From a virus (Duplodnaviria; Caudoviricetes): DNA of 34,302 bases. A program made the translations under genes and the position numbers. The DNA is taken from positions 1-34,302 of IMG/VR virus record IMGVR_UViG_3300012347_000071. One strand, written 5' to 3'. The notes beneath the pieces were generated by a model. The model searched no databases. It was not told the DNA's origin and saw only the letters and a list, made by a program, of their open reading frames with translations. This document shows, piece after piece, positions 9,095 to 18,707 of this stretch (position 1 is its first letter; each line of letters opens with the position of its first letter).

Positions 9095-10890
9095 TGTTGA
9101 CCTTCTTGCTGGCGCTTCAAGTTCTCTTTATAAGACTTTACAGCAGCAGTTGCAGCGTTAATGTTTGTCTGATTTGCTTTTCTTGTTGTAGCTTTTGTCA
9201 TAGCTTGAGCAACAGCAGCATCATCATTTAAGTCAATGTTAGCCAACTCAGGAATCATCATCACAGCAGTTGATCGCTCTTGGTTTGCAGCCTTACCAAA
9301 TGCAGGTGACATTTCCTTCTTTGCATTGCCAGCAAGGTCAATACCTTTTTGACGTACTTCAGGTGGAGATGGCAAGATGCCTTTTTCGTTTGGTGTACGT
9401 GCGTATGTGTAAAGCTCTGAAACCAACTTGTTACGAGTCTCTTCAGCAGCCTGACGCGCATCAGCAGACTTCAACTCAGCAGGCAGTTTGTCAGAACGGA
9501 TGCCAACAGACAAGCCAATTTGCTGCACACCAAAACCTAAGTCATCGCTTGGGTTTGAAAGCTGTTGCAAGAATGTACGCTTTGAGCCAACCGTCAATCC
9601 TTTTGCTTTAATCACTTCATCAGCAGTAGATAAGCCAAGTGCAACACGTTGTGCAATAGAAGCAAATTGAGCCAAGTCGTCACGCTGAACTCCAGTAGCA
9701 GTGTCGCTCATAATAAATGCACGGGCAGTAGCCAGCATTTCAGGCGGCACAGCCATAGTCTTCAATTGCTTGAACAAAGCTTGCTGTTGAACGCCATTGT
9801 TGGTTGAGTACAACTGACGCATGATTTCGTCACCAGCGCGTTTGTCTTCATACAAAGCGTTGTCAATACCTTTGCGTCGCTGGTCAATTACTGTAGAGAA
9901 GTTTGCAATAACCTTTGAGAATGACTCTGTATCAGTAGCCATCAAGTCGCGAAGCACAACTTCTTTTGTGTTAATGCCTGCTTCGTCTGGTCGCAACTTA
10001 CCAAGAAGCAAGTTGTTGTAAGTAGTCTTGCTGTCAGCAAGGTACTCTTCCTTCATCAGTTCTTTTGTCAGCACACTGATTTTTGCAGCCTTAATAGCTT
10101 TGTCAAAGTCAGCAGTAACAGACTGAGCCATCTGTAAACCACCAGCATCAAACGCTTTGTCTTGAATGCCCTTACGATAGGTAATCAAGAAGTCGTCGTA
10201 AGAACGCTGCTCACCAGTTTTTGCATCAGTCCAGAAGCCTTGAGAAATTGATGTCTCTGCCAGCTTCAATGTGTTTGTAATGTCATCGCCCAAGATAAGC
10301 ATTTGCTTTTCTTTGCGCTTGCGTGTCTCTTGTTTGTACGCCTCTGCCATTACGGTATGAGAGTACATGCCCATGCTTGAAGCGAACTTCAATGCAGCAT
10401 CACCATCAACACTAGCCAATGACTTTGAGTAACCAGTTGTAAGTGTGTTCAGCTTCTGAGCAACACCTTCAGTTTTCAGATCACCATTTTCAACATCAGA
10501 CAACAGCTTTACAACTTCAGACTTTGCTTCAGCTTCAAATCTTCCAGCCAACTCAAATGAACGAGCCTTGCGAACTGCAACGTCGTACATATTGAATTTA
10601 CCGCCAAGCTGTAGCATGGATATATCGCCATGCTTTGCAGCTTCAATCTGCTCAAGTGTCAATGGATTGTTGGCAACATCAGTCAAAGCCTTTTGTTGAG
10701 CAAACTGTCCAGCTTCTTGAAACAGGACATTACTCATGCGATCAAGCACTTGAGACATTGAGTTTGCCGTAGCAGCCTGTGCGCGGAATCCAATGTTGTC
10801 AACCTGTTGAGGCTGAATTTGCACCATTGGTACGCCACCTTGAGGTGTACGAAGACCAACTTGACCTGATTCAATTCGTGCTGTTGCCAT
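9091..10890 (-). CDS. Internal virion protein, gp15-like position
   Basis: 599 aa helical; synteny. Confidence 0.65.
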   Translation of the reverse strand: MATARIESGQVGLRTPQGGVPMVQIQPQQVDNIGFRAQAATANSMSQVLDRMSNVLFQEAGQFAQQKALTDVANNPLTLEQIEAAKHGDISMLQLGGKFNMYDVAVRKARSFELAGRFEAEAKSEVVKLLSDVENGDLKTEGVAQKLNTLTTGYSKSLASVDGDAALKFASSMGMYSHTVMAEAYKQETRKRKEKQMLILGDDITNTLKLAETSISQGFWTDAKTGEQRSYDDFLITYRKGIQDKAFDAGGLQMAQSVTADFDKAIKAAKISVLTKELMKEEYLADSKTTYNNLLLGKLRPDEAGINTKEVVLRDLMATDTESFSKVIANFSTVIDQRRKGIDNALYEDKRAGDEIMRQLYSTNNGVQQQALFKQLKTMAVPPEMLATARAFIMSDTATGVQRDDLAQFASIAQRVALGLSTADEVIKAKGLTVGSKRTFLQQLSNPSDDLGFGVQQIGLSVGIRSDKLPAELKSADARQAAEETRNKLVSELYTYARTPNEKGILPSPPEVRQKGIDLAGNAKKEMSPAFGKAANQERSTAVMMIPELANIDLNDDAAVAQAMTKATTRKANQTNINAATAAVKSYKENLKRQQEGQQ

Positions 10891-10899
10891 TGTGGACCT

Positions 10900-11580
10900 T
10901 TAGCTTTTAGTTTTTGCGTAATCGAATGCGCCTTTTGCAAGCGTTGCATTTGAAAGCAAAGTACCTTGTTGACGCGAAGAAGATGCAGCCATCTCGTACT
11001 GACCAGCTTGGCGAGTAGCTGTAAATTCATTCAAGAAGTTTTGGTACTGAGTTGACTGAACCATCGCAGCAGCATCTTCAAATCCATACACACGTGCAGT
11101 CAAAGCATTCAAATCTGCAATGCCAACATCTCGCATTGTTGCAGCGACGTTTTCACGTTGAACATCTTGAACAGAACCACCTGCACCCAAAGCAACACCG
11201 CTTGCAGCAGCACGTGCGCGAATTGATGCGTTTGTTGCTCTCATGTTTTTAAGCAATGAGTTACCAACAATCTGGTAGTTCATTGCTTCAGACTCAGCCT
11301 TCTTTAGTGTACGACCAGCCTGAATCATTGCGTACTGTTCGCTCATGTCTGCACGAACGCCAGACACTACAACAGCATCACGCGCAGCTACCAAGTATCC
11401 AGTTTGCTGATTTATTGCGGCAGCTTGTTGAGCTTGAGATGATGCGTATGCTTGGATAAATCCAGCCGCAGCCATCATTCCACCAGCAGCACCGCTACCA
11501 GCAGAAGAGGCTGAAGAAGAAGACATATTTCCAACACTAGTACCACTACCGCCTGAAGTTAATGAATAATCTACTGCCAT
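10900..11580 (-). CDS. Internal virion protein, gp14-like
   Basis: Ala/Gly/Gln-rich, RARAAASGV motif, follows tail tubular B. Confidence 0.7.
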   Translation of the reverse strand: MAVDYSLTSGGSGTSVGNMSSSSASSAGSGAAGGMMAAAGFIQAYASSQAQQAAAINQQTGYLVAARDAVVVSGVRADMSEQYAMIQAGRTLKKAESEAMNYQIVGNSLLKNMRATNASIRARAAASGVALGAGGSVQDVQRENVAATMRDVGIADLNALTARVYGFEDAAAMVQSTQYQNFLNEFTATRQAGQYEMAASSSRQQGTLLSNATLAKGAFDYAKTKS

Positions 11581-11582
11581 AG

Positions 11583-13565
11583 TTATGTTCCTGGGTGTAC
11601 TGCTACACGGTAATCAAGGCCAAGCAGTGTTAGCTTCAATGGAAGATTCTGCGATACCTCAATGGTAGCTTCTCTTGTGTAACCAAGCACACCATTGACG
11701 CGCTTGATACCTGTAAATTCTGGCTCTGGCAAATCAGTCAATGCGTTATCAAACTGACGAAACGCTACTGGTTGATTGTTCAAAAGCATGTGTTGGCTGT
11801 TGCGAACAACTGCGTTAATCTCAACAATGCGCTTCTTAAACGACAAGCGTGAGCCTGTCTGCAACTTCACCTCGACAGGCATAGTCTTGACGTAAACAGA
11901 AATTGGCAGTCCAACTTCGTATGACGTTGTGCTGGCACGATCAAAAGTAACTGAGCCACTTGTTACAGTCTCATTTGATTGAGGTACACCGTCGCAAATC
12001 ACATTCAATGCTTTACCTTCATGTGGAAGGCTTGACTTGCTAGAAGCAACACCACCAGAAAAAGAGCAATCAGTAAACAAGGCATCGTCAAACATCTCAA
12101 CGAAGTAACGAGCAGTTCCATTGAATGTGCGCTTTGTCACTGTATACATGGTGTTCACATCAACACCAATATCAATGAACAACCCGTCTGTAGTGAACTC
12201 GGATGGACTTGTTACCTGCTGTGAGCGCATTACGCTGAATACAGCCATAGAGCCATCAGTGACGTTTGTCATCAAAAGCAAGTCGGCATCTTCAGTGCTT
12301 GAAGATTTACGTAAAGCAATGCGCTGTGGATTTTTGAGCAGATGCCCTGAGAACAGCGAGATTCGTTGTGTAATGTATGTAAGTTGCGCGTCAGAGAACA
12401 CAAACTCGTTCAATGATTTCCCTTGACGCTGGATGTAGACAGAGCCAGATTCAACAGATTGAACGCGAGTGCCAGGCTTAATGCCGTTACGAGACACGTT
12501 CTTGAATGTAAATGTCAGTGGAGTAATTGGGTCTGTGCCAGCTTGAGGCACATAGAACTCACCACCAGTTGTAAATACTTGGAAGTCACGCGACGAGATG
12601 ATGTCAGTGATGACGTTCAACTCATTGGTATCTAGCGTTGCTTCAACAGCATCATCATCCAATGATTCAGTTGGTACAAAGTCAAAGAACAAACCAATCT
12701 TGCTACCCCAAATTGTCGATGGGCGTGACTTAGAGCCGCCAAAGAACAAGCGACCTTCATGGAAGGTAACAGTGCTAGGCCAGCCTTTTACTGAACTCCA
12801 CACATCAACATATCCAGTTTCAAGCTCCCAACTTCCACTTGCAACAGCAGTTGAATTGAAGAACGGGTATTCTGTGATGACGTTTACCGAAGTACCACTG
12901 GTGTAAGAAATAATCTTTGCACGACCTTGAGGTGTTGCATTGATGTATTGATTTACGTGGTCAGCAGTAAACACGCTTGTAGATGCAGTCAATGTAATGT
13001 TCCCAGACACAGCGCTTGGTGTAAGCGTTGCAGATGGGTTTGTAATTGAAAGCGTGAAAGCGTATTTTGGAATACTGTCAAATGTGATCGTAGAGATAGT
13101 CCATGATGCGTCTGTTGCACCACGAACCATCTTTACTGGTGGAAGGTCTGGATGAACAACAATCAGCGTATCAGCAGATTGAGTCCAACACATATCGTCA
13201 ACCATATCTGAAGTAATGGTTGTCACAAGATAGTTGTTGCCAGTTCCATTGATGTTTGTAATCACAACACCATTCTTTATCACGTACATACGCAAGTGAG
13301 TAAAGCACAGCATGTAGCTGTCAGCAACAGAGAACTGGAATGGAACAAGTCTTACGCCATTGCCAGCAGAAGGTGTGCTGCTGTTTGGCAATTCAAGAAC
13401 ATGCTTAGTGCCTGGGCGACGACGTAGACCACCTTGAGGGTGAATCAATACGTTTGTGGCTTTTGCCAAAGAGTTGGAATATGTTGGAAGATCAACCCTT
13501 GAACGAAGCAAAGGGTCGAGTTCACCAGTTGAGAAGTTGCTTATTACATCAACAAAACGAGCCAT
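11583..13565 (-). CDS. Tail tubular protein B / nozzle (T7 gp12-, P22 gp10-like)
   Basis: NFSTGELDP, GGLRRRPG, WPSTVTFHEGRLFFGG; likely start MARF at 13565. Confidence 0.9.
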   Translation of the reverse strand: MARFVDVISNFSTGELDPLLRSRVDLPTYSNSLAKATNVLIHPQGGLRRRPGTKHVLELPNSSTPSAGNGVRLVPFQFSVADSYMLCFTHLRMYVIKNGVVITNINGTGNNYLVTTITSDMVDDMCWTQSADTLIVVHPDLPPVKMVRGATDASWTISTITFDSIPKYAFTLSITNPSATLTPSAVSGNITLTASTSVFTADHVNQYINATPQGRAKIISYTSGTSVNVITEYPFFNSTAVASGSWELETGYVDVWSSVKGWPSTVTFHEGRLFFGGSKSRPSTIWGSKIGLFFDFVPTESLDDDAVEATLDTNELNVITDIISSRDFQVFTTGGEFYVPQAGTDPITPLTFTFKNVSRNGIKPGTRVQSVESGSVYIQRQGKSLNEFVFSDAQLTYITQRISLFSGHLLKNPQRIALRKSSSTEDADLLLMTNVTDGSMAVFSVMRSQQVTSPSEFTTDGLFIDIGVDVNTMYTVTKRTFNGTARYFVEMFDDALFTDCSFSGGVASSKSSLPHEGKALNVICDGVPQSNETVTSGSVTFDRASTTSYEVGLPISVYVKTMPVEVKLQTGSRLSFKKRIVEINAVVRNSQHMLLNNQPVAFRQFDNALTDLPEPEFTGIKRVNGVLGYTREATIEVSQNLPLKLTLLGLDYRVAVHPGT

Positions 13566-13566
13566 A

Positions 13567-14181
13567 TCAACCTCGTACAGCAATCAAGCTGAAGTCTTCA
13601 ATAACACGCACAGGATTGTTTTGACCGTCAATTTGCATGGCAGTGCGGAAGAATCCACCACGACCATTTTCAGAGATGTCACCAGTGGCAACACGCTGCC
13701 AGTATTGAGCTTTGTCTGTTTGTTCAGTGATTGGCATAGCCAAGTGCCAAGCCATCATGTACTTGAGCAACTGAACAAAATACTGAGGCATCGCGTACTC
13801 ACCAAGAGAGTATTGATAGTCAATGTAGACATCTTGCAAGTTGGTCAACAACTTGTTCTCTTGGATTTCCCAATCTTTGTTTGGGTATGCGCCTGTGCCA
13901 GCCGATGCGTACACAGCGCGAGGGTTTGCCAGTTTGTCGCCTGGCAATTGGTATTCGTACTTCCACACGGAAGTTGGAGTTGTAATCAAACGTGCAAGCT
14001 TGATCTTCTTGGTATTAAATGTCCAAGGGTATGTGACAAGGGCAGAGTCCCGAATGTCGCCATACAAACGGTCGCAGGTATTGGATTCATCCGTACCGTC
14101 ATTGAAAGACGTAATCGCCTTTGCACCCAACATAATCAGGGCATCTGAACAGATTGAAATACCAGTATCGCCTGCTGCCAT
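13567..14181 (-). CDS. Tail tubular protein A / adaptor (gp11-like)
   Basis: ICSDALIMLGAKAITSF..YPWTFN..YEYQLPGD. Confidence 0.88.
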   Translation of the reverse strand: MAAGDTGISICSDALIMLGAKAITSFNDGTDESNTCDRLYGDIRDSALVTYPWTFNTKKIKLARLITTPTSVWKYEYQLPGDKLANPRAVYASAGTGAYPNKDWEIQENKLLTNLQDVYIDYQYSLGEYAMPQYFVQLLKYMMAWHLAMPITEQTDKAQYWQRVATGDISENGRGGFFRTAMQIDGQNNPVRVIEDFSLIAVRG

Positions 14182-14197
14182 ATAAACCTCACAATGT

Positions 14198-14234
14198 AAG
14201 AAAGGCCAGCCACCGAATACTCAGTAACTGGCCT
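14198..14234 (-). terminator. Intrinsic terminator-like hairpin after capsid genes
   Basis: AGGCCAGTTACTGA..TCGGTGGCTGGCCT followed by TTCTT; T7 T-phi-like position. Confidence 0.7.
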
Positions 14235-14251
14235 ATTCAGTTGACTACTGA

Positions 14252-14533
14252 TTAATCAGTGTCAGTTGATGTCACAGTCACGCCATCGGTAATATCGACA
14301 ACAGTACCTGTGTTGCTATTCACATAAGCAGTAGACATCACTGGAGTGCCACCCGTTGCCGAGTAACAGAAAATGATGTCGCCAACTTTGAGAATTGATG
14401 CGACAGAGTTGAAGTAACCAGACGCACGGATAACTGACTGAGCGTCAGTTGAAGTGTACGTATAGATAGATGGTGCGTTGCCAGCTTTTGACTGACCACC
14501 AATAGCGTTAAAGCCAGTGCTAGAAAATGCCAT
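14252..14533 (-). CDS. Small head/decoration protein
   Basis: 93 aa right after MCP, AAGGAG SD, GYFN..LKVGDII. Confidence 0.7.
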   Translation of the reverse strand: MAFSSTGFNAIGGQSKAGNAPSIYTYTSTDAQSVIRASGYFNSVASILKVGDIIFCYSATGGTPVMSTAYVNSNTGTVVDITDGVTVTSTDTD

Positions 14534-14553
14534 GTTAGTTCTCCTTAATTAGA

Positions 14554-15396
14554 TTAGGATTCACGGCAAGTGATTGCCACGATACCACCAGCATCAATAG
14601 TGATAGCGCCAGCAGAGAACACTTCATTCACCAACCAAGATGTCTTCTCGGGAATGTAGTTGATTTCCGAACGCATCGCGATGCCTTCACCGTAGCCGAC
14701 TGCATCTTTGTGGAATGCAAAGCACACACGGTCCAAAGAACCGTCGATAGCCAAGCCACCTTCAGTGCGGTCACCAATTGTGTGGAACTGGAAGCCCAAG
14801 AATGTGCTGATCTCGCCCTGAACCAACGCTTTAACAGTGTTGAAGTCAGAAGAAGTCACAGCAGTCTCAGACAACAAGCTGTCCAAACCGTTAGCGTGAA
14901 TCACGATGTGACGGCCTTCAGGTGGCACGTTACCCTTGTCCAACAAGCGCTTGGCAGCACGAAGCTTTGCCACGTTCAAGTTGGTAGTAGAACCGCCGAC
15001 GCTGTTAGCAACAGTCAGAGATGTACCAGAGTTTGCCAAGGCATCCAAAATCAATTGGTCTTGACGACGACCCATAGCAGAAGCCACAACTTGCACCAAT
15101 TCTTGGCGCTCGTCGAAGTTGACTTTAGCTTGAGAGAAGATGTCGCTGTACTCAGCAGCGTTCCAATCAGACAAAGTCAAAGTGACTTGGCTGAATGACA
15201 CGTTCAGAGGTGTGACATCAGTTTGGGGGATGCGAGGTGTAGCAACACCAGCACCGACTTTAGGGAACTTTACAGTTGAACCTTCGACTCCACGACGCTG
15301 GCGAACCGCTGGAACCAGCATAGCTTTACCTTGGTAGGCTTGCTTGACTTCCGCATCGAAAAGAGTAACAAAGGCGTTAGAGAGAGAAACGCTCAT
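14554..15396 (-). CDS. Major capsid protein (BPP-1/HTVC010P-like)
   Basis: FVTLFDAEVKQAYQ, AMGRRQDQLI, LVQGEISTFLGFQF; GAGGT SD; synteny. Confidence 0.93.
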   Translation of the reverse strand: MSVSLSNAFVTLFDAEVKQAYQGKAMLVPAVRQRRGVEGSTVKFPKVGAGVATPRIPQTDVTPLNVSFSQVTLTLSDWNAAEYSDIFSQAKVNFDERQELVQVVASAMGRRQDQLILDALANSGTSLTVANSVGGSTTNLNVAKLRAAKRLLDKGNVPPEGRHIVIHANGLDSLLSETAVTSSDFNTVKALVQGEISTFLGFQFHTIGDRTEGGLAIDGSLDRVCFAFHKDAVGYGEGIAMRSEINYIPEKTSWLVNEVFSAGAITIDAGGIVAITCRES

Positions 15397-15399
15397 TTG

Positions 15400-15525
15400 A
15401 TTTACCTCATAGGTGGTTGATTAGGGTTCTCGCGTCGGTATGCCGAAAATCGGGCCAATGCTTGCTGTTTACGTCAGCCACTCGTCAGTATCCACTGCGG
15501 TCAGGGTCTGTTTCCAGATGGGCCT
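15400..15525 (-). promoter_or_regulatory. Structured 5' leader of the capsid gene
   Basis: Consecutive hairpins TCTG-GAAA-CAGA, CAGT-GGAT-ACTG, GCTG-ACGTAAA-CAGC, CCG-ATTTT-CGG. Confidence 0.55.
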
Positions 15526-15563
15526 GTTGACATTGTAAACCACATATTTCTACTTGTGTCAAC
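15526..15563 (-). promoter_or_regulatory. Capsid promoter candidate
   Basis: TTGACA-N19-TACAAT enclosed by inverted repeat GTTGACA..TGTCAAC. Confidence 0.6.
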
Positions 15564-15569
15564 TATTTT

Positions 15570-15820
15570 TAGACATAGCTTCCCCAAGGGTGGATAGCAG
15601 AGGTATCCTTCCCCTCCCGAAGGGACTATCAAGTAGTCCAATCCAGAGTACCCATGAGGTAGCGATTCATCCAACAGAGCGCTTGTCCCACCGCTTTCAC
15701 TCTGTCTACCCTAGTCCCTCGCTAACAGGCTAGTCTGGTTATCTTGGGGGTGTACCAAGCCAGGTGTTTTCGGGTTCAGTCCATGCAGACCATCAGCTAA
15801 CGCGCCCTGACGGTTGATGT
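15570..15820 (-). ncRNA. Candidate multi-stem structured RNA (~250 nt)
   Basis: No credible ORF; at least six hand-identified hairpins including a cUUCGg loop. Confidence 0.5.
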
Positions 15821-15831
15821 GAAAAGACAAT

Positions 15832-15952
15832 AAAAAAACCGTTTACAACTACGCTCTGGTGGAAGTCTTTTCTAAATGCACTACTACTGGCACTTAGAAA
15901 AGACAGAACGTATGTGTAAACGGCTTCAATCTTTGTTACCTTCCACAGCAAC
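15832..15952 (-). ncRNA. Candidate small RNA/attenuator with loop-bulge complementarity
   Basis: Own promoter, 5' hairpin loop GTGGAAG complementary to internal CTTCCAC, long nested stem, U7 tail. Confidence 0.6.
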
Positions 15953-15958
15953 AGTTTC

Positions 15959-15996
15959 AGTATATACCAAAAAAAGACCCCCGACAAGCAGGGGTC
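15959..15996 (-). terminator. Terminator after scaffold gene overlapping a sigma70 promoter
   Basis: GACCCC-N9-GGGGTC-T7; contains TTGTCG-N17-TATACT. Confidence 0.75.
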
Positions 15997-16013
15997 AAAA
16001 TGGCAACTGAAAA

Positions 16014-16817
16014 TTACTTGATGTTTGCTTGGAACATCTTTTCTACCTTTTGTCGGTAGGCAGGGTCTGTCTTGTACTTGGGGTCTTGAACCATCTGATA
16101 CAGATCATTCTTGCTCATAGTACCTTCAAGTGGTGTTGAACTGACAGGGATACGACCTTCATAGGATTCGCGTACCTTCATCAGCGCATTGATACCACGT
16201 GCTGTACCGCCCATGATCTTGAACTCTTCAAAGTCATCAGAAGACCAGACACCCTTGTTCACCAAGCCACGCGCCCAATTTACCATGCCTTCGACGATAG
16301 CGTTACCGTTTGGGCCAAGTGCTTTGAGTTCAGCTTGTGGGTCAATGACATCGTTGCCCATCATCTCTTTGCCTTGAGATTGCAGGTTTGATACTAGGTC
16401 ATCAAAAGCAGCCTGAGACACACCGTTCTCTGCTGCCCACTTGGTCATTGATTGAGCAACAGGGTTATCTGCTGCGCCTTCACCAAACGCCTTGGTATCG
16501 TATTTACCGTCTGCTGGCGCTTTGTGTTTACCTTGGCTGATCTGCTTACGCAAGTCACCCCAAGATTTAGCAATGCCTTCTAAGTCAGGCTCGTTGCTGT
16601 CTTTTTTCCAGAAGTTTTCAGGCCAGAAGTCAGGCCGCTCAAGTGGTTCATCGGGTGTAGCTGCGGCAGTCGGGGCTGTGCTTGTCTTGCTATCGGGGTC
16701 TGCGCGATGGTCAATTTCTGCGGCTTGAGGATTCTCAGCTTTAGTTTCATCAGTCACTTGCACATTGTCCAATAGGCCGCTGCTTGCGGGTTCGACAGTT
16801 GTTGCTTCAGTGGTCAA
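16014..16817 (-). CDS. Capsid scaffolding (assembly) protein
   Basis: TTG start behind GGAGA; acidic N-terminus, ERPDFWPENFW, C-terminal DPKYKTDPAYRQKVE; between portal and MCP. Confidence 0.85.
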   Translation of the reverse strand: MTTEATTVEPASSGLLDNVQVTDETKAENPQAAEIDHRADPDSKTSTAPTAAATPDEPLERPDFWPENFWKKDSNEPDLEGIAKSWGDLRKQISQGKHKAPADGKYDTKAFGEGAADNPVAQSMTKWAAENGVSQAAFDDLVSNLQSQGKEMMGNDVIDPQAELKALGPNGNAIVEGMVNWARGLVNKGVWSSDDFEEFKIMGGTARGINALMKVRESYEGRIPVSSTPLEGTMSKNDLYQMVQDPKYKTDPAYRQKVEKMFQANIK

Positions 16818-16830
16818 ATGTATTCTCCAG

Positions 16831-17097
16831 TTATAGCTTCTTAGCTTGGTTAATCCGTGCTTCAATTGCCCTCACCACCGTTCTCTGCCCTTCAGCAAAG
16901 TAGGCGTGTGATGGGTCAGTACCTGGCACGGCGACAGGCACATTCACATACATATCTTTCATCCAATCCAACAGCTTCTGACCGTCTTCACTGCTAAATA
17001 CACGAAAGGTAAGGCGTGATAAGTCATCACGCTTTTGGTCAGCTTCACGGATGTCGGCACTCGGTTGCCCAATTGCGTCTAATTCATCCCAACTCAT
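16831..17097 (-). CDS. Bbp19-like small head-module protein
   Basis: FSSEDGQKLLDWM..FAEGQRTVVRAI; between portal and scaffold. Confidence 0.75.
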   Translation of the reverse strand: MSWDELDAIGQPSADIREADQKRDDLSRLTFRVFSSEDGQKLLDWMKDMYVNVPVAVPGTDPSHAYFAEGQRTVVRAIEARINQAKKL

Positions 17098-18698
17098 ACT
17101 GGCATACCCTGTGGTGGCATACCGCCGCCCTGCATAGCCATCACTTGCGCCTGTGCTTGAGCAGCCATTGCCTGTTGGTTCTTCATTTCTTCCATCATCA
17201 CAGCACGTTCAGCCTGTGTGTTACGTACAGAAGCTGGTACACCTAGCTTGTCACCGATGTAGTCCACCAGCATGTCAGTCTTGATCGCCAATTGACCATC
17301 AGTACCCATTGCAGGGTCTTGCATCATCTGCAAATACTGGATGATCGTATTGATCTCTTCCATGTTTTGAGCCATTGCCAATGGAGCAACAGGCACAACC
17401 TTGACTTCCAAGCCATTGACACGCAAAGGCATATCAATCAAGCCACGCTCATCCATGACTTCAAGAATCTTGGACACCAATGGAATCATTGTCTCGTTAA
17501 TCAGACGACCAAAGGCAGAGCCAAGGTTCTGAGACAACTCTTTCATGCGCTCAACCACCTCAGTAGCTGAACGTGCGCTCATGTTGTCAGGTGGTAACGA
17601 CTCATCCAGCAAGATACGCTTGATGTTTTGCACCAAGTCGTTGATGATGAGTTGAGATACGTTGAAGTCACCAGAGCGAGGCAGAGCCTGCAATGATGCA
17701 CCTTGAGGTCCACCGTTACGGGCAACTGGAATGATCGCACCTGGAGTGATCTTGACCGTATTGGGGTTCAATACACCATCGTCAGCCGCTGTGTAGACAC
17801 CAGCAATAGCTAATGAAGCATTCTTCAGCACCAATTCCTTGGTCTTGTTCAATGTCTTGATGTCAGGCAACGCTGTAATCAATGGGCCACGACCATAGAT
17901 TTCACCAGCCACCTTCATGTAGCGAGAGATAACCCAAGGGCTAGACTTACGACGACGGTAAACCAGCTCTTGCTTAGATTCTTTGTGAATTACGTGATAG
18001 CAATAGTCGCCACGCTTGATGTCATAGATGGTTGCTTCCAACAACTCAACATCATCAGTAGGCTTGTCGTCAATCTTGCGCTGTACGTCGTCAGGAATCT
18101 TTGCATCAGGCCATTGGCGCTGGATAGACTCACCTTTGACGCGCATACGACGGTACACGTTGTCTACTTGACCGTTTGCACCTTCTTCATAGCTGACCAA
18201 GAACAATGGAACAGGGATAAAGTTGATCTGTTGAACGTCATCACCTGGCTGAACCATCATGGCAGCAGTGCCAACAGCCAAGTCAAGCAAAAACTCACCA
18301 ATAGCAATGTCAAAGTTTGACTGCTTCAGCACGGTAAACATCTTCTCACCGTACAGATCAAAGACTGCTTGAGCTTGAGCGCGTTTCTCAAATGGAATGT
18401 CTGTGCCAGCTTCTAACTTTGCCCATTTACGCTGTGGTGGAAATACAACAGATTGCAAACGGTTGGCAAAACGCTGTGTTGAGTTGATTGCAGTCGAGTC
18501 AAACACTCGTTGCATTTTCTTTGAACCAGCAGAGCTACCTTCCCACACGCCATATAGCTGACGTTGTGGCAAAGCAAACTCGTATGCGTCTTGATAGAGC
18601 TGTTGGAAGTCGTCTTTTTTCTTCTGAGCGATTTCCTGACGCTTCAAAATGGCTTCTGGTTTAAGGCGAGTGCCGTTTGGATATTTTTTATCTTCCAT
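17094..18698 (-). CDS. Portal / head-to-tail connector (T7 gp8-like)
   Basis: FDSTA, LDLAVGTA, GEIYGRGP, RSATEV motifs; 534 aa. Confidence 0.95.
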   Translation of the reverse strand: MEDKKYPNGTRLKPEAILKRQEIAQKKKDDFQQLYQDAYEFALPQRQLYGVWEGSSAGSKKMQRVFDSTAINSTQRFANRLQSVVFPPQRKWAKLEAGTDIPFEKRAQAQAVFDLYGEKMFTVLKQSNFDIAIGEFLLDLAVGTAAMMVQPGDDVQQINFIPVPLFLVSYEEGANGQVDNVYRRMRVKGESIQRQWPDAKIPDDVQRKIDDKPTDDVELLEATIYDIKRGDYCYHVIHKESKQELVYRRRKSSPWVISRYMKVAGEIYGRGPLITALPDIKTLNKTKELVLKNASLAIAGVYTAADDGVLNPNTVKITPGAIIPVARNGGPQGASLQALPRSGDFNVSQLIINDLVQNIKRILLDESLPPDNMSARSATEVVERMKELSQNLGSAFGRLINETMIPLVSKILEVMDERGLIDMPLRVNGLEVKVVPVAPLAMAQNMEEINTIIQYLQMMQDPAMGTDGQLAIKTDMLVDYIGDKLGVPASVRNTQAERAVMMEEMKNQQAMAAQAQAQVMAMQGGGMPPQGMPV

Positions 18699-18707
18699 GA
18701 TTTCCCT

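Noticed and set aside
14534-14600. T7 10A/10B-type capsid frameshift
   Set aside because: No slippery heptamer near the MCP end; the next gene has its own strong SD
15793-15987. 64-aa ORF in the scaffold-capsid gap
   Set aside because: TTG start inside a terminator, no SD, runs through a U-tract terminator; RNA structure explains the region better
15400-16010. tRNA genes in structured intergenic regions (also 24400-24900)
   Set aside because: No cloverleaf with T-loop GTTCRA and D-loop consensus found by eye
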